Below, piece by piece: positions 20,301 to 26,344 of a stretch of DNA of 64,000 bases. Both the position numbers and the translations under genes were made by a program. The stretch is from Hormiphora californensis (taxonomy: Eukaryota; Animalia; Ctenophora). The notes under the pieces are model-generated. The model saw only the letters and a list, made by a program, of their open reading frames with translations. It did no database searches and was not told the DNA's origin. Location: NCBI GenBank assembly GCA_020137815.1, contig CM035355.1:6262001-6326000 (forward strand), read 5' to 3'. Numbering within the stretch: position 1 is the first letter of the stretch; each line of letters begins with the position of its first letter.

Positions 20301-22453
20301 AGAAGGACCATGTTGTTACCATGGTAACAGACCATTCCGTTACCACGACAACCACACCTGAACTTATCCCTGTACCCTCGGATGATACTTCAGAGAGGAA
20401 ATCAGTTTGCTCAACTGATGATGAGATCTCCCCGATCTTGGCCTCTTCACCTGTCCCTTCGGAGACAACAGAACAACCCGAAACCCATCACGTAGTCACA
20501 GATGAAGAGATCTCGACAGAAGACGATGCACTTATGATACTGGAAGACAGTATCTGTTTGAGTTTCAACCAACCTGCAATACCTGAAGAAACTGAAGAGG
20601 AGGAGGAGGATGAGATTCCAGGGTTTGCTGAGAGTTCTGGAGAGGTGCCAGGGTTGGGTATAGAAGAGATTTACCTAGCTGAAAGTTCTGGGGAGTGGGC
20701 CAACATGTCCACGGTAGAGGAATGTGTGGCGGTCCTAGATGAAGACTCGATTTGCCGTACACCCGACATGTCACGGAGCTTCTGTGACGACCTTCCTACT
20801 TCATCACGCTCCCGTGTGACGCCCCTGACGCCCGATCACCGTTCGACATCACTTACAACAGTCAACTTACCCGGTTTAGGTGAAATTCACGTGCGATCCA
20901 AATCTGAGCAGTGTGTCCACGGTGATCAGAGATCAACACACCACTCCCTTGACAAGATATTACCGGCCACGGAGAGTAGTCTCCCGGAATCCTTCTTCAG
21001 TTCAACTCAAGATATTGGAGTTTTCCGGAGTTTGGAAAACCTGCAAACACCACCGAGGCTGAAAAGGTTGCGGAAGAAACGGAACTCCTCTAGTCGGCAC
21101 ACTCACCACTCGTCCTCAACATCCCTGGACGAGGAAGCACCGTCTCCCAGACGTAGAAGTCACAAAAAGGAATCCCCTGTCACCCAACCATTACAGATGT
21201 CAACTCCCACAAGGGACATTGTGTCACTGAGTTACAATCTCCAACAAGAGGAGGAATCATTGGATTTTAGCGTCCTATCCAACCTCTCACCCCTTCCCTC
21301 TGTGGTGGATAGGAAGAAGTGTAGTACACCTAGTCGTCGGAGAGGTTCTGGAACACCCACCACTCTCACACCCAGCACACCCAAAACAAGACCTGAAGTT
21401 CTGTGGTTAGGTGATCAGGTGGAAGGGATATACTTCACCAAGAGCACCCGATCAGTGGAAAAAGTGTCCATGAAGCTTGATTCTGTGCTATTTGGGGGTG
21501 GTGGAGAATCCTCTGATAGTGATGGTGAGATGGAGAGGTTTGAGAGGGAGATTGTGAGGGAGACTTATGCTACGGTAATGGACCAGTTAAAAGTGATGGT
21601 TCCGTTGAATACTGGTGATGATATTGTAGGGCCCCCACTTCCAAACTTGGGCTGCTGTCGTGAGGATGTTGGGATGCTATCCAGTGCTGATATCACTGTG
21701 AAAAGCGGACCTGAAGTTTCAATATCTCTCGACATTGCAACTGTTGCTGATGAAGTTTCAGTAACTCCTGGAATTGCTGATGAAGATGACCTCATGTTGG
21801 AATTGGATGATAATGATGCTGTATCGGTTGGAGATGTTCTGCCTGGATATGATGCTAATTCCTCCTTTATTGACGAACAAAGTGCTGCTTCTTTCTCCCA
21901 GCTAGTGGAACAAAGTGCTGCTTCATCTTTGTTTGAAAAAAGAGATGCTGTTGCTTCTTCCTCCCAGCTTGTAGAGCGGGATGACGGTATTGAGAGGGTA
22001 GGAGAGATAATCCAACAGCAATATTTCTCCCAACTAATGGATGAAATGAGAAGTTGGAATCCAGCCTGTGAGCTGGACGGTGATCCCCATCCCCCTACAT
22101 CCACCAGAGCTAGAATCCTCTCTGAACCAGGAAGTTCTAGCTCCAGCGAGCCTACAATTAATGCATTCCTGCGGAACTTGGGAGGTTCTGACAGCGAGTT
22201 TTCAACCCCTTCCACACCCTGCCGGTTTGCAGCGGGTTTGGATCCACATCCATGTGCTGACTCTCCCTTCCAGAAGGCTCAGAGTCTCTCTGTGATTCTC
22301 AAATCTCCTGAGATCCGGAAATACCAGTCGAAATTGCGGCCCTGTGCTAATCCTGAGTGTGGGGCTTGTCAAGCCAAGCGGAAGCGAAAATCTGAAAGGT
22401 GGAAAAGGTGGAAAATCTTAAATCAAGACCAGAATCCCTGCCAAGTGGATTAG
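2386..22453 (+). CDS. Giant (~6,600 aa) intrinsically disordered, acidic, repeat-rich protein; reading frame interrupted by four +1 discontinuities
   Basis: Putative micro-exon 2386-2406 (MSVPTII, donor GTGTGT) and acceptor TTTTTCAG at 2523. Overlapping open frames end at stops 3553-3555, 11060-11062, 12483-12485, 12595-12597 and 22451-22453, each next frame being +1. Motifs and duplications shared between segments indicate one gene. No recognisable folded domain. Confidence 0.7.
2503..3555 (+). CDS. Segment 1 of giant gene (basic/Pro-rich, ENG repeats)
   Basis: 350-codon ORF; coding probably resumes at the splice acceptor (2524). Confidence 0.75.
   Translation: MTCFVFQRRPKENDPRALNVEQSRSSKRGRDSNQKHLKDTDLDNPNPRSHNNKRRSTSPVIAQDILSVKHTRRSGRLIEGTPTHFPEEDYSVVKDTPSSYDRLINGTPAKDKSHPVKDKTSSQDKQSSQDKVSSKDKPSSQDRSHKASHRTGKDKKKKNDVHHHRRDKENGVPPSRPSRENGVPPSRPTRENGHGKENGVYNSNSRENGPPPPPPLPSRSKPPSKQHRSKQGPDLIAIHKDYSLLKFDNNKNDGRKRGKRRHKPPSSEFDPCIMAGISSEEEGSGSGSSDSTVTTEMYVDTVSYDSHANYHGNHGNHSTHMKLVEESHKRLRRRKKKKKKEEEESDEKEG
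3473..11062 (+). CDS. Segment 2 of giant gene (ETPEV, PGETAEVADSPVL, ETEVPEVA repeats; KKGKK motifs)
   Basis: 2529-codon open frame; repeat variation is frame-preserving. Confidence 0.9.
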   Translation: MRRVTSGSGEEKRRKRRKRKRAMKRKVRTSYHRYSVQSINSSVINNMIDNAEPYTALHRNKKSIAEVVRTEIRVASLDDRVVKTTLIHPDTSSSSSSSSAKVSSASSDSDPSPPPPPSSRKRPPPVPPREPHDGIDTQLASFKSRLNAISARVQQETPSPQPTRSLATLSEQDFTSGLNGFLYEFCKRIQARQLRFSEAEETEDEIDRMDEEAIANSDLLRTFQRNRDYNKNMELSKSIRLDGSGVPHLTLAMPHPSSSGIASSVNTSSCTTTQDSFHSLEMSRDTVAVQTDGGVMQTGEELEGLTQTKSDVSVGCTSSDDNNRIHTQDKGTGTEDLNGGGGSLYQSVLNSSSENKSTSSNNPPDSSNSPGSSGGGGGGGLAVSVFPPSDLSTPISTLERGIPPPISTSPESPERRVTWSERVEEHSDGGDLNHHHQDDMTSPSVVVTSSPAILTSSPSRLSQDGVDDDDVEMTEQDFQESPKPPDTGQLSVESRETDQVAAAAAAAVNTTGHVSVGHVSVDINPFPFMQVRQVHSNKGPPPPRRRTYSDLDRPPGSASFEKILNNSVDLTLAPNIPPNFAAAGSGSLRSRKESASSNGSSHYFNNLGDSGGSKGSRESLNSASNSCNIDTTALPHISEGLPSPVSNVPNDPLGGSSSSSSMNMDVFPTHTLRKPFNITDFSSDGGGGSSGNVNQFNLFDRSMVDKDEESKDLPISLGGGSVELDGAAAVPRIPSPSSTPVILSVVDLPDEIGPQSPSVQECFVEERSEMPDDEGDDSLPFVEADETAPVPKPAKPATRKPAAVIATGLFSNVIESVDEGADPRKNVDEGAGITENVDEGVDASESVYEGEEHSESVMNFPVVTQPTSTKKKGKKGKKGGSNVMECQPGTKKGKKGQKNRRAVMNLSDEDEQDNVPSSGPPHAVDKPSPESASQYGQDVPGAEEQEDVSETSPVLAGETAELDSPEVAMDTPEFVVETPEVAMETPEVVVETPEVAMETPEFVVETPEVAMETPEVVVETPEVAMETPDVAVETPEVVVETPEVAVETPEVELETPEVVAETPEVVVETPDVAMVTPKVTVETPEVVVETSEVAVETPEVELETPEVTVEAPEVELETPEVAMVTPKVTVETPEVVVETSEVAVETPEVELETPEVTVEAPEVELETPEVAMVTPEVTVEAPEVVVETPEVGADASENVDEGAEKSENAMNFPIVPQHTLPTGAKKKGKKGKKGGSNVMECQPGTKKGKKGKKNRRAVMNLSDEDSYVPVAEEQEEVAEISAMLPGETAEVADSPVLLGETAEVADSPVLPGETAEVADSPVLPGETAEVADSPVLPGETAEVADSPVLLGETAEVADSPVLPGETAEVADSPVLPGETAEVADSPVLLGETADVADSPVLPGETAGVADSPVLPGETAEVADSPVLPGETAEVADSPALPGETSEVADSPVLSGETAEVADSPVLPGETAEVADSPVLPGETAEVADSPVLPGETAEVADSPVLPGETAEVADSPVFPGETAEFADSPVLPGETAEVADSPVLPGETAEVAESPVLPGETVDDFDLGAFMKVGKKGKKGKKGKGGKKGKKQSLPVLRDSEGELKLQEPDNVESQERKCSPKEESAKTDVVENDIPGVIETSPEASLQTEIDPVESEVAETEVPEVAETEVPEVAETEVPEVAETEVPEVAETEVPEVAETELPEVAETEVPEVAETEVPEVAETEVPEVAETEVPEVAETEVPEVSETEVPAPAPFSRRVRSFSTSAEARNTLRSPQPQDVKPRVRCLSDQEVRSPDTFTSRWSNWFFDKIGSNSKVDKSSSETEVPDVPDETLSAKVSETLEFADLNDSQKPPVSPEKTEEFDLGAFVKVGKKGKKGKKGKGKKGEKQSLPDLSDSEGELKSQEPERKETLQSLDGTKTMTSHEASEDGAAEKRSGPSSSHLKDGVKDSVPADDETKPLGHALSDLSSEVPVPEDSEKVPVPDDSNKVVVSEDPSAVTVPDVSDKVPVPNVSEVTSDDFNAAVPDTAVSPDILETPEGAQPEVSIPEVFGGDRQEEPSKPEPPLSPEKPDEFDFGAFVKVGKKGKKGKKGKGKKGSKNSHDQVAFDKTEVAVETPKVAVGTPEVAMETLEVELETPEVAVEKPEVELETPEVAMETPEVELETPEVAMVTPEVAMETPEVVVDTSEVAVETPEVAIETPGVTVETPEVAVETPGVAMVIPGDVTNDVIEPVGNQPAEEEFDLTAFVKPGKKGKKGKKGKQQKVVETPPPTPSVADEEWSDDGFVVKGKKGKKGKGKKGKQQQQQPGKNGKKGNKGAVFNLSESEGDEAEPKTQEEPSPSVPMPEVLGGVEMLADKPQLLESSQKHHEGEKSTLQPASEYITSDNQDIESDKQPEEKQPEKKLPEEKQPGENTTIPEMLSPVEEERNDFVEVVPTFPSEMKSQPKLEITYSPPKPSNSPPKPSNSPPRRPSSSPSEDPVLLSSGPCSTTRAHSSSPLEVIDVQGGKKSRTPDHIERGDSPPPPPAPIQ
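6362..7045 (+). repeat. Coding minisatellite, 21-nt unit (ETPEVxx)
   Basis: GAAACACCTGAGGTT-N6 tandem array; second array at ~9800-10135. Confidence 0.95.
7322..8158 (+). repeat. Coding minisatellite, 39-nt unit (LPGETAEVADSPV)
   Basis: About 21 near-identical units. Confidence 0.95.
8441..8727 (+). repeat. Coding minisatellite, 24-nt unit (EVAETEVP)
   Basis: About 12 units with synonymous variation. Confidence 0.95.
9800..10135 (+). repeat. Second 21-nt ETPEV coding array
   Basis: Same unit as 6362-7045. Confidence 0.9.
10944..12485 (+). CDS. Segment 3 of giant gene (Ser/Pro/Thr-rich)
   Basis: 513-codon open frame; from ~11055 it repeats a block (FSRRVRS...NWFFDKIGSNSK) that is in frame in segment 2. 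Confidence 0.85.
   Translation: MLTHPPLWRLSTFRVGKRVGLQTILNEETPHLHHQLPFSRRVRSVSTSAEARNTLRSPQLQDVKPRVRCLSDQEVRSPDSFTSRLSNWFFDKIGSNSKGDKSSSSSHSSNDPRSDHAPKVPLSLTNRGSLTSNPGSVKNTVPSGDERKNSFSGVPEFPERIVHLSVHKSLSGPPGITQGVDDSRTPDTPSQRAASATNVSPEKEGDSLPVGESPPKQGKQHRKILSEGRQIDVTFLKEFIGSRPPTPPLPFAATHGTLRPRVRSAIHASEQKSPLEDNKTPSADDITQTTTTPSRKLSWFRLSPKRKRKNKKEGEDQTESVTVKVDPPKEIDDIVTPTNTTVIPIVPVTVTPPTPLVPSSAQPAPLPNLTIPATPCFGVQPVISTFVTPATTPFHHPTPPGGGPKVDPLEGRRDSLSGISDDQQRPSSQQSADIESYLDSELDRLKETKPEPKKKMKKKKKGGQKSSVPTNSSMGNFTFLLDEAPPVLPSSVQPVETKIQPNSIQPVESKIQP
12596..22453 (+). CDS. Final segment of giant gene (Ser/Asp/Glu-rich, long internal duplications, C-terminal CANPECGAC + basic tail)
   Basis: 3276-codon ORF from 12623; the frame is open upstream to 12437 and encodes NYLDQALDKLK, echoing SYLDSELDRLK in segment 3. 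Confidence 0.9.
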   Translation, partial: NYLDQALDKLKSRSNSSDDGSGRPKGPPQILEVVDLKDGFESKNAPGFNPSFEKSKGWSSHSSDGIHKKGKSVAAGKVETDAPEPFKARPAPSFDPSFERSKEEESFKSVISPKSVNKSPSFVPIERPPKPPRAPRVRSVSDSELSSHGSDEDFKNRYRKLFQRSCRRRSRSETRSRPSSFHEDMSVLNASELDMLMTPKRNIQVFRLADGREIKYNMDTRQEVVTSNPHQVEDNEFGEVDTSTSLRAVLDQLDSCKMVFDDLALHLADSNKAGSKRRTNSLPGDSSVGVSGMRTPSAEAWNNAVDLKELTEMIHKLASQTRDPKEGGTESMEDILDQIVSGRETSISGAESFKSLEESTAPVTNSVVSPRTAFLSLVDSELGKCRQQPGAAQPPPAVSAVPDTTVLHNPAPPQIVVREPSPIRSTPTSSKPKKGGFLPGLKSNKYSISDEKIHKSRRNRTQSDSRMSLKNQLKSVKYAGSTDRLNKHNKQSTSSYNHQAYFQGSHRVRTVSDSRVLMHRNQQPELTITYPHHQQQYQPQPQQRYLKVVNLDSDPVPNKGTYDDRSLPKQKLNETWGGSDRHTTLPKGRGRNLSISPPKDPTPSDTDVSESVHQKRIRFHSDTNTDTMRSRTRNTSDNSFKDIQSLPDIPGKSGGRPRNKSAASNISMNSPASDISGFSDIDSLPDVPNHPLPGASNLERPNFLPIDRNILTEDELEEIYTSIRVDSSPPPSTNPVTSTPKRPSKLYIPLDFGLGSTETESAPETPKQLTNSDKDQTLSRPESRKSRPSSDDIYVLRDDLGPQYGRGNPSSSSSDGPAQTVHQEDLTTIVKPAVPPRPPPPAIVINDDDEDDDVFVSRTALGPDYGAEKGDGFGDESLGESMFDETMENIAMLGDLEHRFIQLSTSRGLDIGGDDEEEEEGEVVMDAPSENQISPDNSLGGGGNGSVQDSPDRYKASENIATTDPTPYYNLSYVTDVSFNDSGRGHGDGENRMRSRSDEERFKSDDHHHGHQFFSTDRIYVPRDEIHSHYGSSTVVPELPTPESQTDSHHTEFEQNFLTISNRLGGSDEFFLPYSLYRESQESGLNAVELKDEGIVNEMIAEMDQDYSDDGAHDDDLNDGRRRQWTGVESVTSSCTFYSDVESHYSTVDEDFASACEDAATSEDGEDAVSQVGKIRNDSLSSDISQSGLFSDDHSSPVVSQLCLDQTIVDPAELDSELSEDPAEFETRQAEFSEDSCSAEHEERDRKGNFEKDSSKGIYTKLDVEGVNDQDLKSNDDASDVEEILSGTLIVDVSGDSSHDAVEGMSVSSGSISGSRDLTVLSTWSIACTPPPSVTCSTQSLRMEEPEAEPLHTIVSEKEDDVEEFEVTSPEENLISERENVHSTSDRPLSSELFSYYGGSVASLLMDDPRTDVDTYYTSPDEKEDVVTMVTDIDLKLTPSSRSPSTEELDTPINHVSLPSSEDIPEDLMPPEHSSPSSSAPSETYPSLEVESVSSESCDLTLSTWSITCTPPPSVTCCSTQSLEAVSLTNSREISPTLLEEDIPSCEGENDQDSDENVSEVGLASDAVEGMSVSSGSISGSRDLTVLSTWSIACTPPPSVTCSTQSLHLEEPRTSDRLGEPSAAIVSEKEDDFEESDSLISDLESVNAPSNLADRPLSSELFSYYGGSVASLLMEDPRTDVDTYYTSPDEKEDVVTMVTDIDLKLTPSSRLPEELDTPINHVSLPSPEEIPETTPSEDLMPPEHSSPSSSAPSESYPLLEVESVSSGSCDLTLSTWSITCTPPPSVTCCSTQSLESISLTNPREISPTLLEQDIPSFEGENDQDSDENVSEVGLESDAVEGMSVSSGSISGSRDLTVLSTWSIASTPPPSVTCSTQSLHLEEPPTKKMLVESDKDVSEVGLESDRENLADRHLSSELSEEEDVAPLTDFSELYGSVASLLMEDPRTDVDTYYTSPDEKEDHVVTMVTDIDLKLTPSSRSSSPSYSNVSDDVGISDLISPSLPAMEITVSTSSLSETCSVSPNDSVGISQSPVDRDPGELLEESTSLSPDTPTSPSQSPDTATSPSQSPNRSTSPSQSPNTATSPSQSTETSTSPSQSPDLATSLSQSTETATSTSQSTGTSTSPSESLVSPSNGSDTSSSETEDTSPATEEPSLSESVVASSPDIEQSEDNEAEALSISLLTSIIVSKVEVLQSEVKVVESGDEDRSSLKDVSDQLSSDDEPPVVVQDAEFYYTTADDDLVSAQEDTAAEEDDENSFSQEANTPNPCLDDADISPNQDLDSPESAVIKELSVTCQFGIEEEEVGIERTAEDGSVTESHEGNSPVDSLEEPTVSLSVKADSPKGSLSPSDESSEEVVVQPILEVSPQISSDDEPPAVHDAEFYYTTADDDLVSAQEDTAAESQLDESEKEKAVNNEIFSSQRLEIDSEDVQPEPSLNFEARETAFTSEDSEVEDKVVGNGEEEPVGSECIAGESSAATTETQQDVTPDVEVSDNSLEDELNSMVIEEIPGVETKSFAVLLNVPEVVPEQPRNISAVDFPVLSSELCGSVASLLMEDPRTDVDTYYTSPDEKDHVVTMVTDHSVTTTTTPELIPVPSDDTSERKSVCSTDDEISPILASSPVPSETTEQPETHHVVTDEEISTEDDALMILEDSICLSFNQPAIPEETEEEEEDEIPGFAESSGEVPGLGIEEIYLAESSGEWANMSTVEECVAVLDEDSICRTPDMSRSFCDDLPTSSRSRVTPLTPDHRSTSLTTVNLPGLGEIHVRSKSEQCVHGDQRSTHHSLDKILPATESSLPESFFSSTQDIGVFRSLENLQTPPRLKRLRKKRNSSSRHTHHSSSTSLDEEAPSPRRRSHKKESPVTQPLQMSTPTRDIVSLSYNLQQEEESLDFSVLSNLSPLPSVVDRKKCSTPSRRRGSGTPTTLTPSTPKTRPEVLWLGDQVEGIYFTKSTRSVEKVSMKLDSVLFGGGGESSDSDGEMERFEREIVRETYATVMDQLKVMVPLNTGDDIVGPPLPNLGCCREDVGMLSSADITVKSGPEVSISLDIATVADEVSVTPGIADEDDLMLELDDNDAVSVGDVLPGYDANSSFIDEQSAASFSQLVEQSAASSLFEKRDAVASSSQLVERDDGIERVGEIIQQQYFSQLMDEMRSWNPACELDGDPHPPTSTRARILSEPGSSSSSEPTINAFLRNLGGSDSEFSTPSTPCRFAAGLDPHPCADSPFQKAQSLSVILKSPEIRKYQSKLRPCANPECGACQAKRKRKSERWKRWKILNQDQNPCQVD
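16490..18535 (+). repeat. Long (~0.8 kb) tandem intragenic duplication, about 2.5 copies
   Basis: DAVEGMSVSSGSISGSRDLTVLSTWSIA block starts at ~16493, ~17291 and ~18104; GSVASLLMEDPRTDVDTYYTSPDEK block also recurs at ~20230. Confidence 0.9.
18725..18970 (+). repeat. Coding minisatellite, 30-nt unit (TSPSQSPDTA-like)
   Basis: About 8 degenerate units. Confidence 0.8.
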
Positions 22454-23265
22454 GGGAGGACATTGTTTCTATATCCAGATCTCGGGATTTCTTTTTGTTT
22501 AACTTATTTGAGTGGTGTATTTGAAATTTGTACATAAAATGAACTGTGGAGAGCTGCAATCAATGTGTGTAAGAGATGAAACCAGAGGGGGAAATATAAA
22601 TGTGTGCGTTTTTTTTCATAGAATTTGTTTTTTTTGCATGAGGTCCGGGTTGAATTGACTCAGCAACTATATAAAAGACACACAGAGTTTATCTGATATA
22701 AGACAATGATGGAAAATAAAATTTTATATAACAAGCTCTTGAAAGAGAGAGGATGAGAGCTCGAATATATGATAATTGCTATTCGAATTGTATCCAGTTT
22801 TTTTAGCTCTATTGCTTTCCAATTAATTACGATATATTTCCATTTGGAACTAAAAAAAAGTGGGAGTTGAAGTTGTACAAACTTTAGAGAATTTGGACGC
22901 GAAATCACACGAAATTCCAACTAAAACTCTCCCTTTTTTACGATTATTGTCGAATCGGAACCACGATCAATATACCCGAATTAATTCATTGAAGTAGTTA
23001 ATCAATACAATTCATTATACACATTACTCGATAACTCATATATCCAAGATCTCAGCATTCAGTCTCTCCGAATGTTATATCTTCTCCCTAGAACAATAAA
23101 AGTGTCAACATTAACAGTCACTTCTATCGTGCGTTAAAATAGATGTTCAGTATCGTATAAACAGTATAATGCAATACATTAACTAATGGTAATATTAATT
23201 AATGTTATCAGCTCGTGTGTAACTCCCAATATGGTCATATTATGATGTTGATATTACACCTCCCT

Positions 23266-24369
23266 TTATTTATGTTTTTCGATGGTCTCCAGAATCAGCT
23301 CCTGCTTGTTCCCAAACACCTACAGAGTTTTAGAGAGAGTTATTAGAGAAAGTAAGAGATACTAACAGTGGTCATCCGACACAATTGCCATACCTCGACG
23401 TGAAATTCGACCTGAATCTCGACCTGGAATGAGACACGCATTCGTAGTGAGAGAGACATAAAGACTAACGAGAGAGAAGAGTTGAAGCGCGACATCATTT
23501 GCTTACTGCGGCACATCTCTCTGATGCGCGGCTCATTTCTCGTCGGATTTCACGTCGGAATATGTCGGATGACCACTGAGAGAGACAATTATAGAAAGAG
23601 GTTCTTAAGGCCGGGGGAATACAAAGAATAAAGTTAATTGATTGGAATTTTGATCATTATGATAAAGCGTCTATTGCTAATTACCTGGTCGACCATTTCA
23701 CCGCCCTTGTAAAACTGAAGTGTAGGCATGCTCTTCACTTTGCAGATCTCTGCTGTCTGTGCGTTGACGTTGATGTTTATCTGAGGGGAGACAGTGATCA
23801 GTTAGGCATTGAACAGGGGTTCGAGGTTAATTGATTAATTGACTGATAATTGATTTGTTTAAAAGGCTGTAATTGTCCTGGAGGAGTCCTGGAGGTTGTA
23901 TGTTGGTGGACTGAAGCGTAACAAGGTGTGATTGTTTCACGAGGTCTTTAGATTCCGAATGTATACCTTGTAGAAAATTACTTGATCTCCGTACTCCTTG
24001 GCCCATTTTTCCAATTTTGGTGCTATTATCTTACAAGGTCGACACCATACAGCATAGAAATCAATAACTACCAGCCTGTGGTGAATGTGGTTTGTTTCAA
24101 GATTTGTTATTTGGCCACCTTGAGTCTGGTTTGACGAGGCTGAAACATTCTGTCTATTATATGGCCGGTCTGATTTGGTAGTTGATAGTTGATACTGTCT
24201 GTCCGCGCCGACCCGATCTGACCGCACTATTTGAGAATCAAAACGGGGCCGGCGCTGTGAGACCGGATTGGAATATAAACATGGCTCACGTTTCTGAGTG
24301 TGTTGCTAGTGCTGCAATGAAATCCTCGTGGGAAGAAATCTGTTTTACCAATGATTCCTCCTCAGCCAT
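23266..24369 (-). CDS. TXN: Thioredoxin, 4 exons (24369-24290, 24075-23967, 23780-23685, 23319-23266)
   Basis: GT-AG, phase-compatible exons give MAEEESLVKQISSHEDF...LVVIDFYAVWCRPCKIIAPKLE...VKSMPTLQFYKGGEMVDQVFGNKQELILETIEKHK*. Confidence 0.93.
23366..23578. mobile_element. MITE-like element in thioredoxin intron 3
   Basis: 16-bp TIR CAGTGGTCATCCGACA / TGTCGGATGACCACTG; no clear TSD. Confidence 0.7.
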
Positions 24370-26344
24370 TCTGTTAACAATTTAGTGGTTTAGTGGCCTA
24401 GTTTAGTGGTTAACAAACTTAATTGAGTGGCTTAGGATTAACAACCATATTTGAGTGGCTTAGTGGTTAAGAAACTTAATTTGCAAACAAGTTTCAAATC
24501 TTAAAGTAAACTGACAAACAATAAAAGGGTCAAAGGGTCAACAACTTTTAGGAAGTGAAATAAACGACATCAGATATTATACGGCCCTAATGTAAACTGA
24601 TTGAGAACTCATTTCACTCTCTCTCCAGTCTCCGTGGCCATACATCAACGGTTCAGCTTTCACTCTTCTAACTCCTACCTTGTATGAATAATAGTATGAA
24701 CAATACAACTCCTACCTCTATATCTCTTTATGGCCTCTTTAGTACAGACTTTACAGCCTGTAGTACATCCTGTATAACAGTATCCGTGGCAAGAGTTAAA
24801 CAATAAACATATATTAGATCAGAAGCTTATTGTAGAGTAGGAGGTCTATAACACGGTACAATGACAAAAACTATACTATGGTCTATGAGCTAGTACCAGA
24901 GCTGTGTACTGTGATATGCTCATAGACTAACGTGACAACATACATTTCCCAGGATGCAGCTGCAACCTTTCTGTAAGTGTGATATATATCATCTATATAA
25001 AATTTGTCATTGTCGAATGTGTACTGTATGCCTAGTAGGTAGGTAGTTCGTACTAGAGTTATCGAGAGTGTGTGATGTATATACGTCTTATAGTTATTGA
25101 GCTTCCAATTGTACCTCCAAAAGACACGAGAGAATGGGCGGGAACACTGTTACTAACAGGCTGAGAGAACGGGTAAGAACAGACAACAAGGGATTAGGGG
25201 ACTCTGAGTATATAGGCTCCTCATTGGGAATGTTTACATTACAGACCTACTATATTTCCATGACTTTCTGGGAACAGAAAGCAAAGAAAGAGAGTAACAG
25301 TAACAAAATGCTATCACAGTTGTCCACAACTACCAGTGCCAGTACCAGGTGTTTATAGGGTCAAGTCTCATTAGATTCTTTCCAATCTTCTGACAATATA
25401 ATTACTGCTCATTTTCCAGCCGCACCCTATTCCATTTATCTCAATCTTTCTACCATCTCGAACTTTCTAACTAGAACTCAACGATTCTGTAATTCTATCT
25501 CCAGAGGTCTGCTTCTTTCTAACCTAGTAGCTATTTTAATCACACGGCCCGCGGCAGTTATTGCCATTAGTTTTCCATGGGAGCAAGCTGCAAGACACAC
25601 AAAAGGATATAACAATGTGAGAGCAACTTTCCCTCGTGTCGCTCATGGAATATGGGTACACGTTCTAAGTTCTAATTTCCTTAGAATATTATATTATAGG
25701 AATTAATATGAGGGAGAAGGAAAGCTTTTAAGCTAGATAAAACTAAGTTTGAATAGGTGAATCGATAGCACGTACTTTCGCCCTACATTTATGGGCATCA
25801 ATATTCTAGACAATGTAATGCGGTCAATGTAGTTGGTGAAATAATTCTTGCGTCATGCGATAGAATTAGAATAGGTCAGTAACAGAAATTTGGGGAAAGC
25901 CGAAAGCATATGTTAAGAGATATACTGCTGGCTTTTAGTTGTATAAAGAAAATATAAGCGTATCCACATAGAAAATTGAAATTAGGAAACACGCAAAGTT
26001 TAATGCGTATGTGCATTTTATTTGGCCAGAGCCTCTTAGCCCCCATAAAAAGAATAACATGAAAAATGCAAATAAGCACACACAATATCTGAAAGAACAA
26101 GCCTCAATATTCTGCCAATCTCTCTTTGCAATTTTAGATGAGGGTATAACACATGTGTCGCCAACAACAAAGTATTACTATTTGTACAAACAACTGATAC
26201 AAGCATACATAAAATATTGAATTTGGATCTATCGAGATGTTATCAATAGATAGGCGAAAATCGACTTCTACTTAGCTGAAGCATCTGGTTTATTACAACG
26301 ACTACTACTAGAAAATAGGGAGACACATGAAATTGTTAAGCCTT

